A stretch of DNA of 64,000 nt from assembly GCA_041648915.1 (NCBI GenBank), contig JBAZOC010000002.1, positions 2,175 through 66,174 of the forward strand, written 5' to 3'. The notes below the pieces were generated by a model that was not told the DNA's origin, did not search any database, and saw only the letters and a program-made list of their open reading frames with translations. Below, one piece after another: positions 17,582 to 26,417 of this stretch. The position numbers and the translations under genes are program-made. Source of the stretch: Candidatus Omnitrophota bacterium. GTDB lineage: Bacteria > Omnitrophota > Gorgyraeia > Gygaellales > Profunditerraquicolaceae. The first letter of the stretch is position 1; every line of letters begins with the position of its first letter.

Positions 17582-19022
17582 GATCAATTTAAAGAAGATC
17601 GATGATTTTCGCTGGGAAATCCCCAGGTCTTATAAGCCCGGGATGCGCGTACCCGGGGTTATTTATGCCGACGAGAAATTATTAAGGGACATCCGTCAGG
17701 ATAAGGCTATGGAGCAGGTGGCTAATGTTGCTTTTCTTCCGGGGATCGTCAAGGCATCTTTAGCTATGCCGGATATCCACTGGGGCTATGGTTTTCCTAT
17801 CGGGGGCGTGGCGGCTACCGATATTGCAAATGGCGGAGTTGTTTCTCCGGGCGGAGTCGGATTTGATATCAACTGCGGCGTGCGCCTGCTCAAAACAAAT
17901 TTGTACTTTGCAGACGTAAAGGATAAATTAAGGGATTTGACCTACGCTTTATTCTCGGATGTTCCTTCGGGTGTCGGCGCTCAAGGCGATATCCGGGTGA
18001 GCGCTAAAGAAGAAGAGGAGATTTTGATTAAAGGCGCCAGGTGGGCGGTAGAAAAAGGGTTGGGCACTCAGGATGATTTGGATTGCACCGAGGAGCAGGG
18101 CGCTATTGCCGGGGCGGATCCCGCCGCGGTATCTGAGCGCGCCTACGCCAGGGGGAAGGCGCAAGCAGGGACATTAGGCAGCGGTAATCATTTCTTAGAG
18201 GTTCAAATGATTGATCAGCTTTATGACCGGGATGCTTGTGACGAGTTGAACCTTAATTTGGGCCAGATCACCGTGATGATCCATTCCGGCTCGCGCGGGT
18301 TTGGCTACCAGGTATGCGAGGATTATACGCGCAGCCTGATGCATTGCCTGGCCAAGTATAATATTAATGTCCCAGACCGCCAGCTAGCCAGCGCTCCGGT
18401 AAATTCCACAGAAGGGAAGGCTTATTTAGGAGCGATGAAATGCGCGGCCAACTACGCCTGGGCCAACCGGCAGTGCTTAATGCACCTTACCCGGCAAACC
18501 TTTGAAAGAATATTCCATCTTTCCTGGCAGAAGCTGGGGATGTTTTTAATTTATGATGTGGCGCATAATATCGCTAAAATCGAAAAACAGATGGTTGATG
18601 GCCAGGAGAAAACTTTATGCGTGCATAGAAAGGGAGCCACACGGGCAATCCCTCCGGGGCATCCGGCCTTGCCGCAAAAGTATAAGCAATTAGGCCAACC
18701 CGTTATCATTCCCGGAGATATGGGTAGAAATTCGTATCTACTGGTGGGAACCGCAGGTGCGGCTGAAACTTTCTATTCTGCCTGTCATGGCGCCGGGCGC
18801 GTAAAATCGCGTACTGCCTCAGCCCGCACGATCAACTTAGATACTTTATTGAAAGAATTGGAATCTCAAGGTATAATAGTTAAAGCTTCGGGCAGGGCGA
18901 CGATTGCCGAAGAAGCGCCCGAGGCCTATAAAAATGTTAATACTGTGGTGAGCGTCGTGCATAATGCCGGACTGGCCAAGCGCGTCTGCAGGATGCGGCC
19001 GTTAGGCGTTATAAAGGGGTGA
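17574..19022 (+). CDS. rtcB: RNA 3'-phosphate/2',3'-cyclic phosphate ligase RtcB
   Basis: Motifs PDIHWGYGFPIGGV, GFDINCGVR, SGNHFLEVQ, HSGSRGFG and SACHGAGR. Confidence 0.95.
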   Translation: MSEINLKKIDDFRWEIPRSYKPGMRVPGVIYADEKLLRDIRQDKAMEQVANVAFLPGIVKASLAMPDIHWGYGFPIGGVAATDIANGGVVSPGGVGFDINCGVRLLKTNLYFADVKDKLRDLTYALFSDVPSGVGAQGDIRVSAKEEEEILIKGARWAVEKGLGTQDDLDCTEEQGAIAGADPAAVSERAYARGKAQAGTLGSGNHFLEVQMIDQLYDRDACDELNLNLGQITVMIHSGSRGFGYQVCEDYTRSLMHCLAKYNINVPDRQLASAPVNSTEGKAYLGAMKCAANYAWANRQCLMHLTRQTFERIFHLSWQKLGMFLIYDVAHNIAKIEKQMVDGQEKTLCVHRKGATRAIPPGHPALPQKYKQLGQPVIIPGDMGRNSYLLVGTAGAAETFYSACHGAGRVKSRTASARTINLDTLLKELESQGIIVKASGRATIAEEAPEAYKNVNTVVSVVHNAGLAKRVCRMRPLGVIKG

Positions 19023-19024
19023 AA

Positions 19025-20293
19025 ATGCTGGATATTAAATTTATCAGAGAAAACCCGCAATTGGTAAAGCAGGCGTTAAAAAACCGTAAGCTTAAGCTGG
19101 ATTTAGATGTTTTTATTCAGCTGGATAGCCGACACCGGGAAATTCTAACCAAGCTGGAGGATCTAAGGGCTAAGCGTAATAAAGCCAATGACGAGATCAG
19201 CATCCTGCTTAAACAAAAAAAAGAGGCTAAAGAGAAAATCAACTCTATGAAGGATGTTTCCGGCCAGATTTCCCAGCTGGAGAATGAAATAAAGGAGATT
19301 GATCGCCAGCTCGATATAATCATCTTGACTATTCCCAATATTCCGCATTCATCTATCCCGGTGGGTGAGCCGGCCAAAAACGCGGTGGTGCGCAGCTGGG
19401 GAGAGAAACGGCAATTCGGTTTTAAACCACAAGCACATATTGATTTAGCCCAAAATCTGGATATCATTGATTTTAACCGGGCGACCAAGATTACCGGCTC
19501 GAATTTTATACTATATAAAGGCTGGGGAGCCAGATTAGAGCGCGCCTTGATTAACTTTATGCTGGATTTACATACCGCTAAGCATGGTTACACCGAAGTT
19601 TTTCCGCCATTTTTGGTCAACCGGTCCTCCATGCTTGGAACGGGCCAGTTGCCAAAGCTGGAAGAAGATATGTATAAACTAAAGGACGATGATTTATTTT
19701 TGATTCCTACTGCCGAAGTCCCGGTAACTAATATTTTCCGCGACGAAATCCTCGAAGAAGCCAAATTACCAGTTTATTATACCGCCTATACCGCCTGTTT
19801 CCGGAGAGAGGCGGGGACTTACGGAAAAGAGACCCGGGGTTTAATCCGCGTGCACCAGTTTGACAAAGTAGAAATGGTTAAATTTGTCCGGCCGGAAAAC
19901 TCTTACGCTGAATTGGAAAAACTGGTTAAAGATGCCGAAGAGGTTTTACAGCTTTTAGAGATTCCTTACCGGGTATTGCTGCTGGCGACGCAGGATTTAA
20001 GTTTTTCCGCCAGTAAATGCTATGACCTGGAGGCTTATGCCCCGGGATTAGATAAATGGCTGGAGGTTTCCAGCTGCAGCAATTTTGAAAGTTTCCAGGC
20101 CCGCCGGGCAAATATAAGGTTCAGGAAGCAGGAAGATAAGCGGGTGGATTTTGTGCATACTTTGAATGGCTCGGGGGTTGCGCTTGCGCGCACGGTGGTA
20201 GCGATTTTAGAGAATTACCAGCAGGAAGACGGTTCGATTTTAATACCTAAAGCCTTAAGGGGGTATTTGGATGGAAAAGAAAGAATTTCCTAA
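19025..20293 (+). CDS. serS: seryl-tRNA synthetase
   Basis: MLDIKFIRENP N-terminal coiled-coil arm and class II core (TAEVP, FRREAG.YGK.TRGLIRVHQF, NGSG.A..R). Confidence 0.95.
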   Translation: MLDIKFIRENPQLVKQALKNRKLKLDLDVFIQLDSRHREILTKLEDLRAKRNKANDEISILLKQKKEAKEKINSMKDVSGQISQLENEIKEIDRQLDIIILTIPNIPHSSIPVGEPAKNAVVRSWGEKRQFGFKPQAHIDLAQNLDIIDFNRATKITGSNFILYKGWGARLERALINFMLDLHTAKHGYTEVFPPFLVNRSSMLGTGQLPKLEEDMYKLKDDDLFLIPTAEVPVTNIFRDEILEEAKLPVYYTAYTACFRREAGTYGKETRGLIRVHQFDKVEMVKFVRPENSYAELEKLVKDAEEVLQLLEIPYRVLLLATQDLSFSASKCYDLEAYAPGLDKWLEVSSCSNFESFQARRANIRFRKQEDKRVDFVHTLNGSGVALARTVVAILENYQQEDGSILIPKALRGYLDGKERIS

Positions 20294-20981
20294 TAAATTT
20301 TCTGACCCGAAGATTAAACCTGTCTGGAAAGAGAGAGGAGCTAAGGGGGGCGGATGGTCTAAGCCTGCCTGGATCTCCAATAAGATATTTGATCTCCTGA
20401 AACTCGTTCTGGGTATATGTCTACTCCCTTTTGTTTATTCCTCTTCGGTAGCTTTCCTGGGCCAGATCTCTTCTATTGATGTTGTGCTGCAGAATTATTT
20501 CTGGGCTGGGGTAGTTACCCTGGTTTTGGTCTATTTATTCATTTGGGAGCCGACAGTTATTTACGAGCGGGGACACAGATTGGTGGAGATAATTTTTAGT
20601 TTTTTCCAACCTCTGGTTAGATTCGCGCCGTATCTCTTGCCTGTCTACACGATAGTTTTATTTATTCTCTACCTTTTCCTGTGCGTCTTTATCAAGGATA
20701 AATGGTTGATGGAATGGGCGATGTTCTTCTTTGGTTTAAGTATCGCCATGCATTTGGTATTCGCGGCTCAATCTATCCGCTCTAAAAAAGGAGACCTGCT
20801 TAAAAGCAATTATATTTTCGGGTTTTCTTTTATGTACATTATCAGCCTCGGGTTAATGGCGTTATTCCTTAATTTCCTATTCAAGGAATTTTCCATCGTT
20901 AGTTTTTCCAACGAGGCATATTCTCTAGCCGGTTCAATCTTTAAGGCTATTTTTTCTCAGCTTTTTATAGTTAAATCTTAG
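20271..20981 (+). CDS. hypothetical polytopic membrane protein
   Basis: Several long hydrophobic segments seen by eye. No motif I recognise. The start is uncertain (overlaps the serS end by 23 nt). Confidence 0.6.
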   Translation: MEKKEFPNKFSDPKIKPVWKERGAKGGGWSKPAWISNKIFDLLKLVLGICLLPFVYSSSVAFLGQISSIDVVLQNYFWAGVVTLVLVYLFIWEPTVIYERGHRLVEIIFSFFQPLVRFAPYLLPVYTIVLFILYLFLCVFIKDKWLMEWAMFFFGLSIAMHLVFAAQSIRSKKGDLLKSNYIFGFSFMYIISLGLMALFLNFLFKEFSIVSFSNEAYSLAGSIFKAIFSQLFIVKS

Positions 20982-21065
20982 GTGGGGTGCCAGAGTGGTC
21001 GAATGGGCCTGTCTTGAAAACAGGTGTCCTTCACGGGACCGTGAGTTCGAATCCCACCCCCACCG
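20981..21065 (+). tRNA. tRNA-Ser (anticodon UGA)
   Basis: Acceptor ggtgggg/ccccacc, anticodon stem cctgt/acagg with loop ctTGAaa, long variable arm. The first nt coincides with the last nt of the upstream stop codon. Confidence 0.88.
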
Positions 21066-21136
21066 TAAATTAATCCGGAGAGTTGGTAGAGCGGCCGAAG
21101 GCGGCGCCTGCGGGAAGAATCAGGAAGATACATATT

Positions 21137-23170
21137 ATGGAAGATATTTCATTAAAAGAATTTCTTACTCTGGTTGAAGTTGATGATTTTGATAAACGTT
21201 ACGCCCAAGATATAGGCAACGGTAAATATTTTGGGTTTCCTCTTGAACCGGTGATCCAGGCGGAGAAGAGGCTGCGCGAAGAGAAAGAGGGATCTATTGC
21301 TTATTTCTCCATGGAGTATGGCTTAGCTACAAGTTTTTATAATACATTCCAATCGCAAAACCCTTCTCGGGTAGAGAATAAGACCCCCCGGAATACCGTT
21401 TTTTCAAATTACCGTATAGCCGATTATTTTTTTGACGTACAGATTAACAGTCTTATTGACCTGCCTATATACAGCGGCGGATTAGGGGTTTTGGCGGGGG
21501 ATACCGTCAAAACAATGGCGGATTATAAGCTGCCGGCTGTAGGTATCGGTATCTTGTGGCATTCCGGATATTTTCGCCAGGAATTTTGGTTTAAATACGG
21601 GCAGGTTCCGGAGAAGACGCATTGGGATGCCTATAGCTACCCCGGGCTGATTCCGCTTAAAAATACCGTAACGCTCCGGCTTAAGAACGAAGAGATACAT
21701 TTGAAGCTTTGGAAATATTATGTCTATAGCTATAAGCGTGATTACGCGCTTCCGCTTATTTTACTTGATGCGGAGATACCCGAGAACAGGGAAGATCTGA
21801 AAACGCTTACCGAACAGCTGTACCGCAGCGACAATTCCTGGATTAAGCTCATGCAAAGAGTAGTCTTGGGTTTTGGCGGCGTAAACGCTATAAATGCCTT
21901 AGGTTATCCGATTAAGATCTTTCATCTGAACGAAGGACACGCGGTCTTTGCTTTCATGGAGAAGGCGCGCGGTTATACCGATCAACAGGTGGAAGAGCTC
22001 AAGAAACAGTTTTGCTATACCTGCCATACTCCGGTTCAGGCCGGGCATGACCGTTTTTCTCAGGATGACCTGCAGGGGGTCCTGCAGGAAGAAGATTTCA
22101 GGCTCATCCAGAGTTTAGGGAGGGAAGATTCAGGGCTGATTAATTTAACCCTTCTTTCCATGAATATAGCTTCTTCCATAAATGCGGTCTCTAAAAGGCA
22201 CCAGGAAGTCATGCAGTTACAGTTTCCCTCATATAAGGAGAGGATAAAATACGTTACCAACGGTGTCCATCCCTATACCTGGATTTCCGGAGATTACCTG
22301 AAGTTATTTAAAAGTTTTAGCCCTCCCCTGGGCGATGTTGAATCTGATCCTATGTCGCTGGTCCAGGCTGGGAATTTGAAGGAGAATAGTGATTTTCGCA
22401 AACAAATATGGCTGGCGCATAGAGCTAATAAGGAGAGGCTCTGTTCTTTGCTCGAGAAGTGGAAGTTCAAAGAGGATGTATTTACTGTCTGCTGGGCGCG
22501 CAGAATAGCCGCTTATAAAAGGCCAAGTCTTATCCTCCAGGATATAGACAGGCTTATGGAAATTGCCCGAAAAACCGGGCCTTTGCAAATAATCCTGGCC
22601 GGGAAGGCCCATCCCAACGATAATTTAGGTTTTACTTTTATCAATGAAATGCTGGACAAAGTTGATAAACTGGCCGATAAGGATTACGATATATTAAAGA
22701 TCGTAATCCTGGAAAATTACGATATTTATTTAGGAAAGCTGCTTACCTCGGGAGTAGACTTATGGCTGAATAATCCTTATCCTCCTTTTGAAGCCTCCGG
22801 GACAAGCGGAATGAAAGCGATCCTGAATGGAGTCGTGCAGATGACTACAGCGGACGGCTGGGTGGTGGAAGCGGAGGATAAGGGGATCGGAAGGGTTTTC
22901 GGATACCGTTATGCCGGCGGTAAGATCGGAAGCGAGTTTGACCGCTCCATAAAAGCCGACGCCCAGGATCTTTATGAAACGCTGGAGGAGCTCTCTACAG
23001 TATATTATTCAACTTTTAAGGATGAGTTTAATCTTTCTTCCCAATGGATTGATATGATGATTAATTGCGTGGCTACGGGTGCGCATTTTAATACCTATAG
23101 GATGCTCAATGAATATAAAAGCCTGGTTTGGGATCCTTGCTTGCAAAAGGAGGGGGTTTTAAGGGCTTAG
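21137..23170 (+). CDS. glgP: alpha-glucan (glycogen/maltodextrin) phosphorylase, GT35 short alpha-glucan family
   Basis: YFSMEYGL, GGLGVLAGD, NEGHA, and the PLP-lysine region EASGTSGMKA. Start set at ATG 21137 (aggaag SD). Confidence 0.9.
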   Translation: MEDISLKEFLTLVEVDDFDKRYAQDIGNGKYFGFPLEPVIQAEKRLREEKEGSIAYFSMEYGLATSFYNTFQSQNPSRVENKTPRNTVFSNYRIADYFFDVQINSLIDLPIYSGGLGVLAGDTVKTMADYKLPAVGIGILWHSGYFRQEFWFKYGQVPEKTHWDAYSYPGLIPLKNTVTLRLKNEEIHLKLWKYYVYSYKRDYALPLILLDAEIPENREDLKTLTEQLYRSDNSWIKLMQRVVLGFGGVNAINALGYPIKIFHLNEGHAVFAFMEKARGYTDQQVEELKKQFCYTCHTPVQAGHDRFSQDDLQGVLQEEDFRLIQSLGREDSGLINLTLLSMNIASSINAVSKRHQEVMQLQFPSYKERIKYVTNGVHPYTWISGDYLKLFKSFSPPLGDVESDPMSLVQAGNLKENSDFRKQIWLAHRANKERLCSLLEKWKFKEDVFTVCWARRIAAYKRPSLILQDIDRLMEIARKTGPLQIILAGKAHPNDNLGFTFINEMLDKVDKLADKDYDILKIVILENYDIYLGKLLTSGVDLWLNNPYPPFEASGTSGMKAILNGVVQMTTADGWVVEAEDKGIGRVFGYRYAGGKIGSEFDRSIKADAQDLYETLEELSTVYYSTFKDEFNLSSQWIDMMINCVATGAHFNTYRMLNEYKSLVWDPCLQKEGVLRA

Positions 23171-23175
23171 AGACT

Positions 23176-23262
23176 GGAGAGTTGGCAGAGCGGTTGAATG
23201 CGGCGGTTTCGAAAACCGTTGTCGTCGTAAGACGACCGGAGGTTCAAATCCTCCACTCTCCG
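23176..23262 (+). tRNA. tRNA-Ser (anticodon CGA)
   Basis: Acceptor ggagagt/actctcc, anticodon stem gcggt/accgt with loop ttCGAaa, long variable arm gtcgtcgtaagacgac, T arm ggagg-ttcaaat-cctcc. Confidence 0.88.
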
Positions 23263-23308
23263 TTAGTATTTTACGACAAGAAAAATTCTGATTATAGCTT
23301 TAAATTTG

Positions 23309-23396
23309 GGAGAGGTGCCGGAGCGGTCGAACGGGCATGTCTGGAGAACATGTGAGCCGCAAGGTTCCCAGGGTTCGAATCCCTGCCTCTCCGCCA
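23309..23396 (+). tRNA. tRNA-Ser (anticodon GGA), CCA encoded
   Basis: Acceptor ggagagg/cctctcc, anticodon stem catgt/acatg with loop ctGGAga, long variable arm, T arm caggg-ttcgaat-ccctg, 3' gcca. Confidence 0.9.
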
Positions 23397-23529
23397 GTTT
23401 TTAGGTGAACCCTTCAGACGAGGAGGGTGGCAAAGAATGTCCACACTAATTGTGGACGCGAACCCTAGATTGAAATTGAAGGTGTTTGCTAAAATTATCC
23501 GAGATCATTGTTTTTTTATTAGGATTTAA

Positions 23530-24147
23530 ATGAAAGACGAAACAAAGTTATTCTATGATTTGATGGCGGAGAAAACCGCTGATGAATGGTATAAAAACGA
23601 CATTTTATTACCAACGATAAAAGATTTTTTCAGCCTTCTTCCGTTCAAGCCACGTATATTAGATCTGGGCTGTGGCCCTGGACACGAGAGTATGCGATTG
23701 GAATCATTGGGGGCAAAAGTGGTCGGTATTGATTTTAGTGGTGAATGCATCAAGGTTGCAAAGGAGAGATGTCCTCGATGCAGATTTGAAGCTATGAATT
23801 TTTTCAAATTGGATGATAGCCTTGGAAAGTTTGATGCCGTTTTTGCCTGTGCATCTTTGATTCATGTGACCGAAAATCTATTGGAAACAGTTTTGCGCAA
23901 TGTGGCTGATTTAATAGCTGAAAAAGGATATTTTCTCGCAATAGTTCAAGATGGCCGGGGCATTAATGAAAAGTGGAGCACTTTAGAAGTTAGTGGCAGA
24001 AAGATCCGTAGAGAAGTTCATTGTTTCAACAAAGAATGTTTAGTGATAAATACTCAGAGGGCAGGTTTGTGCTTCATAAGAGAGGGGTATTTGGATAAAA
24101 GTCTTTTTGAGCAAAAATGGAGAAATTATATATTTCAGAAGGTTTAA
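23530..24147 (+). CDS. class I SAM-dependent methyltransferase
   Basis: Motif I ILDLGCGPGHES, then VVGIDFS and the post-I/II pattern. Confidence 0.8.
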   Translation: MKDETKLFYDLMAEKTADEWYKNDILLPTIKDFFSLLPFKPRILDLGCGPGHESMRLESLGAKVVGIDFSGECIKVAKERCPRCRFEAMNFFKLDDSLGKFDAVFACASLIHVTENLLETVLRNVADLIAEKGYFLAIVQDGRGINEKWSTLEVSGRKIRREVHCFNKECLVINTQRAGLCFIREGYLDKSLFEQKWRNYIFQKV

Positions 24148-24337
24148 TCTATCGCAGGTTTTTGTCGATAGTTTTATCGCGATGTAAAAATGGGAATACC
24201 GGCTCATCCAGGGCGATAAGCCAGCCCATACTCCGTTTTCGATAAATTTTTATAAGTAGGCTTGCTTCAACGATTTGTAGGGTTCGCCTGGCGTCAACGA
24301 CAAGCCGTTATTTTTTAGCGTACGTATAAGGAATATT

Positions 24338-25972
24338 ATGAAGATCGGCGAATATTTAATTAAGCAAGTGCTCGCAACAGGAACGCAGCACGTATTTGGC
24401 ATTCAGGGCGATTACGTATTAAATTTCTACGCCCAGCTTTGTAAAAGTCCGCTTAAGGTCATCAATACCTGTAATGAGGAGGGAGCTGGTTTTGCTGCAG
24501 ATGCCTACGCACGAGTAAAAGGGTTTGGGGTTGTATGTGTTACCTATGGTGTCGGCGGGCTTAAGCTTGCGAATAGCACAGCGCAGGCTTTTGCCGAGAT
24601 CTCTCCTGTACTTGTGATTAGCGGCGCTCCGGGAATGGCCGAACGCAGGCATAATCCGCTTCTTCATCATAAGGTCCGTTCTTTTGAAACGCAACTTAAT
24701 GTATTCAGGGAAATGACCGTAGCGCAGGCAGTATTGGGGGATGCCAAAACCGCTGCTGCCGAAATCCAGCGTGTCATAGATGTCATTAAAGAAATTAAGA
24801 GGCCTGGATATATAGAACTGCCTAGAGATATGGTAGATGTGGATATATGTGAGCCGCAGGTGCCTGTTTCGGGAGAATCTTCAGATTTAGACCGGCCGGC
24901 TATTGACGAGGCTCTGCGCGAAGTTTTGGGTATGCTTGCGGCAGCGAAACGCCCGATAATAATAGCCGGGGTTGAAATTAATCGTTTTGGATTACAGGCA
25001 CTTTTCTTAAAATTTCTCGAACGCTCAGGGCTTCCGTTTGTGACCGGTGTTCTGGGAAAATCAGTAGTATCAGAGAGTCATCCGCATTTTATTGGTGTTT
25101 ATGCGGGAGGGATGAGTCCTGAGGATGTTCGCGAGGCGGTAGAAGATTCCGATTGCGTTATAGCAGTAGGTCCGTATGTAACCGATCTTGCCACCGGGAT
25201 ATTTACGCATCATATAGATATTGCGCAGAGTATAGTTATGGCGCCGGATAAAATTTCGGTCAAGCATCATTCTTATCCGGAGGTTGGCATGAAGTATTTT
25301 CTTGAATCTTTGGTTGCGGCGATACCGAAAACCCCGAAAAAAATCAGGCAACCCAAAAAGTATGAACTTTCGCCATTTATTTATCAAAAAGGCAGCAAAA
25401 TAACCGTAAATCGTCTTTTTGCATGTTTAAATACTTTCTTAGACGATAATACTACGGTGATTGCAGAACCGGGAGATTCGCTCTTTGGCTCGCTTGATCT
25501 AAGAGTCCATGGGATGGCAGAATTCCTTTCTCCGGCTTATTATGCTTCATTAGGTTTTTCAGTCCCTGCGTCAATAGGCGTTCAACTTGCTGCTGCGCAT
25601 CGGCGTCCGCTTGTCCTTGTCGGAGACGGAGCCTTTCAAATGTCGGGAATGGAGCTTTCCGTCAGTGTCCGGTATGGCCTTAGCCCGATCGTAGTTATTC
25701 TCGATAATGGCGGATATGGAACGTTTCGCCCTATGCTCAACGGATCTTTTAACGATATCCAGCCTTGGCAATACGCGGATATCGTTAAGGTTATTGGCGG
25801 CGGAAAGGGGTACACGGTTTCTACTGAAGACGAACTTATATCTGCCCTTGAGGCCGCAAGGAAAAATGATTCCTTCCCTACTATTATAGACGTTAGACTT
25901 GAAAAATATGATTGTTCTGACCGGTTAAAGAAGTTGAGCGGTAAATTGAAAAAACAGGTGAAACAACAATAA
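24338..25972 (+). CDS. thiamine-diphosphate-dependent alpha-keto-acid decarboxylase (indolepyruvate/phenylpyruvate decarboxylase family)
   Basis: N-terminal Pyr domain (HVFGIQGDYVLNF..NEEGAGFAADAYAR..GVGGL) and C-terminal PP domain GDGAFQM...LDNGGYG. Confidence 0.85.
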   Translation: MKIGEYLIKQVLATGTQHVFGIQGDYVLNFYAQLCKSPLKVINTCNEEGAGFAADAYARVKGFGVVCVTYGVGGLKLANSTAQAFAEISPVLVISGAPGMAERRHNPLLHHKVRSFETQLNVFREMTVAQAVLGDAKTAAAEIQRVIDVIKEIKRPGYIELPRDMVDVDICEPQVPVSGESSDLDRPAIDEALREVLGMLAAAKRPIIIAGVEINRFGLQALFLKFLERSGLPFVTGVLGKSVVSESHPHFIGVYAGGMSPEDVREAVEDSDCVIAVGPYVTDLATGIFTHHIDIAQSIVMAPDKISVKHHSYPEVGMKYFLESLVAAIPKTPKKIRQPKKYELSPFIYQKGSKITVNRLFACLNTFLDDNTTVIAEPGDSLFGSLDLRVHGMAEFLSPAYYASLGFSVPASIGVQLAAAHRRPLVLVGDGAFQMSGMELSVSVRYGLSPIVVILDNGGYGTFRPMLNGSFNDIQPWQYADIVKVIGGGKGYTVSTEDELISALEAARKNDSFPTIIDVRLEKYDCSDRLKKLSGKLKKQVKQQ

Positions 25973-25994
25973 TAGAGTTCAGAAATGAAAAAGT

Positions 25995-26022
25995 TTGACA
26001 AAAATTTCAAATAGTTTATACT
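25995..26022 (+). promoter_or_regulatory. sigma70-type promoter (TTGACA - 16 nt - TATACT)
   Basis: Hexamers at 25995-26000 and 26017-26022, about 80 nt upstream of the small ORF at 26104. Confidence 0.6.
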
Positions 26023-26103
26023 GTCGCTGGCGGTAATTATTTTCCATAAAGGGGCGCTTGAGGCAGAACTACCGGCAATATATTCTCAAAATGGAGGCGC
26101 AAG

Positions 26104-26214
26104 ATGAAATCAAAAAAGGTAAACAAGAAAGCAAAAGCAAAAAAAGTAAATAAAACTACGAAAGCGAAGAAGAAGCTCTCGCGCTACTGCCGATCAGGCA
26201 GGGTTTTGTGGTAA
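26104..26214 (+). CDS. 36-aa lysine-rich small ORF (MKSKKVNKKAKAKKVNKTTKAKKKLSRYCRSGRVLW), candidate RiPP precursor
   Basis: Below the ORF-track cutoff; found by hand. ggagg SD lies 6 nt upstream of the ATG. It is the first ORF after the promoter and sits ~100 nt upstream of a radical SAM/SPASM gene. Confidence 0.45.
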   Translation: MKSKKVNKKAKAKKVNKTTKAKKKLSRYCRSGRVLW

Positions 26215-26417
26215 GGATCTTTGCGCCAGCCGGAACATTCTTAATATCTGCGTTTTACAAAAATCCAGATTAGGTATCAAGCAATCAGGCGGGACTCCGT
26301 ATTTTTTAGGAGTAGATTATTATTAAAAGACTTTCACCAGTTGTTTTATTCCATAAATTAGGCCGCTATATCGGCATATCTACATCTACGGGGGATTTTT
26401 ACGATCTGTCTCCGGAA

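Noticed and set aside
20995-21177. ORFs 20995..21177, 23128..23355 and 2015..2332(-) reported by the track
   Set aside because: They run through tRNA-Ser and tRNA-Gln genes and are artefacts of the structured RNA sequence. The N-terminal parts of ORFs 2235.. and 21083.. were trimmed for the same reason.
24148-24337. Possible riboswitch (e.g. TPP) upstream of the ThDP-dependent decarboxylase
   Set aside because: I could not find the conserved TPP-riboswitch cores (ctgaga / acctgatctggat-type elements). The region only shows a weak terminator-like hairpin and local repeats.
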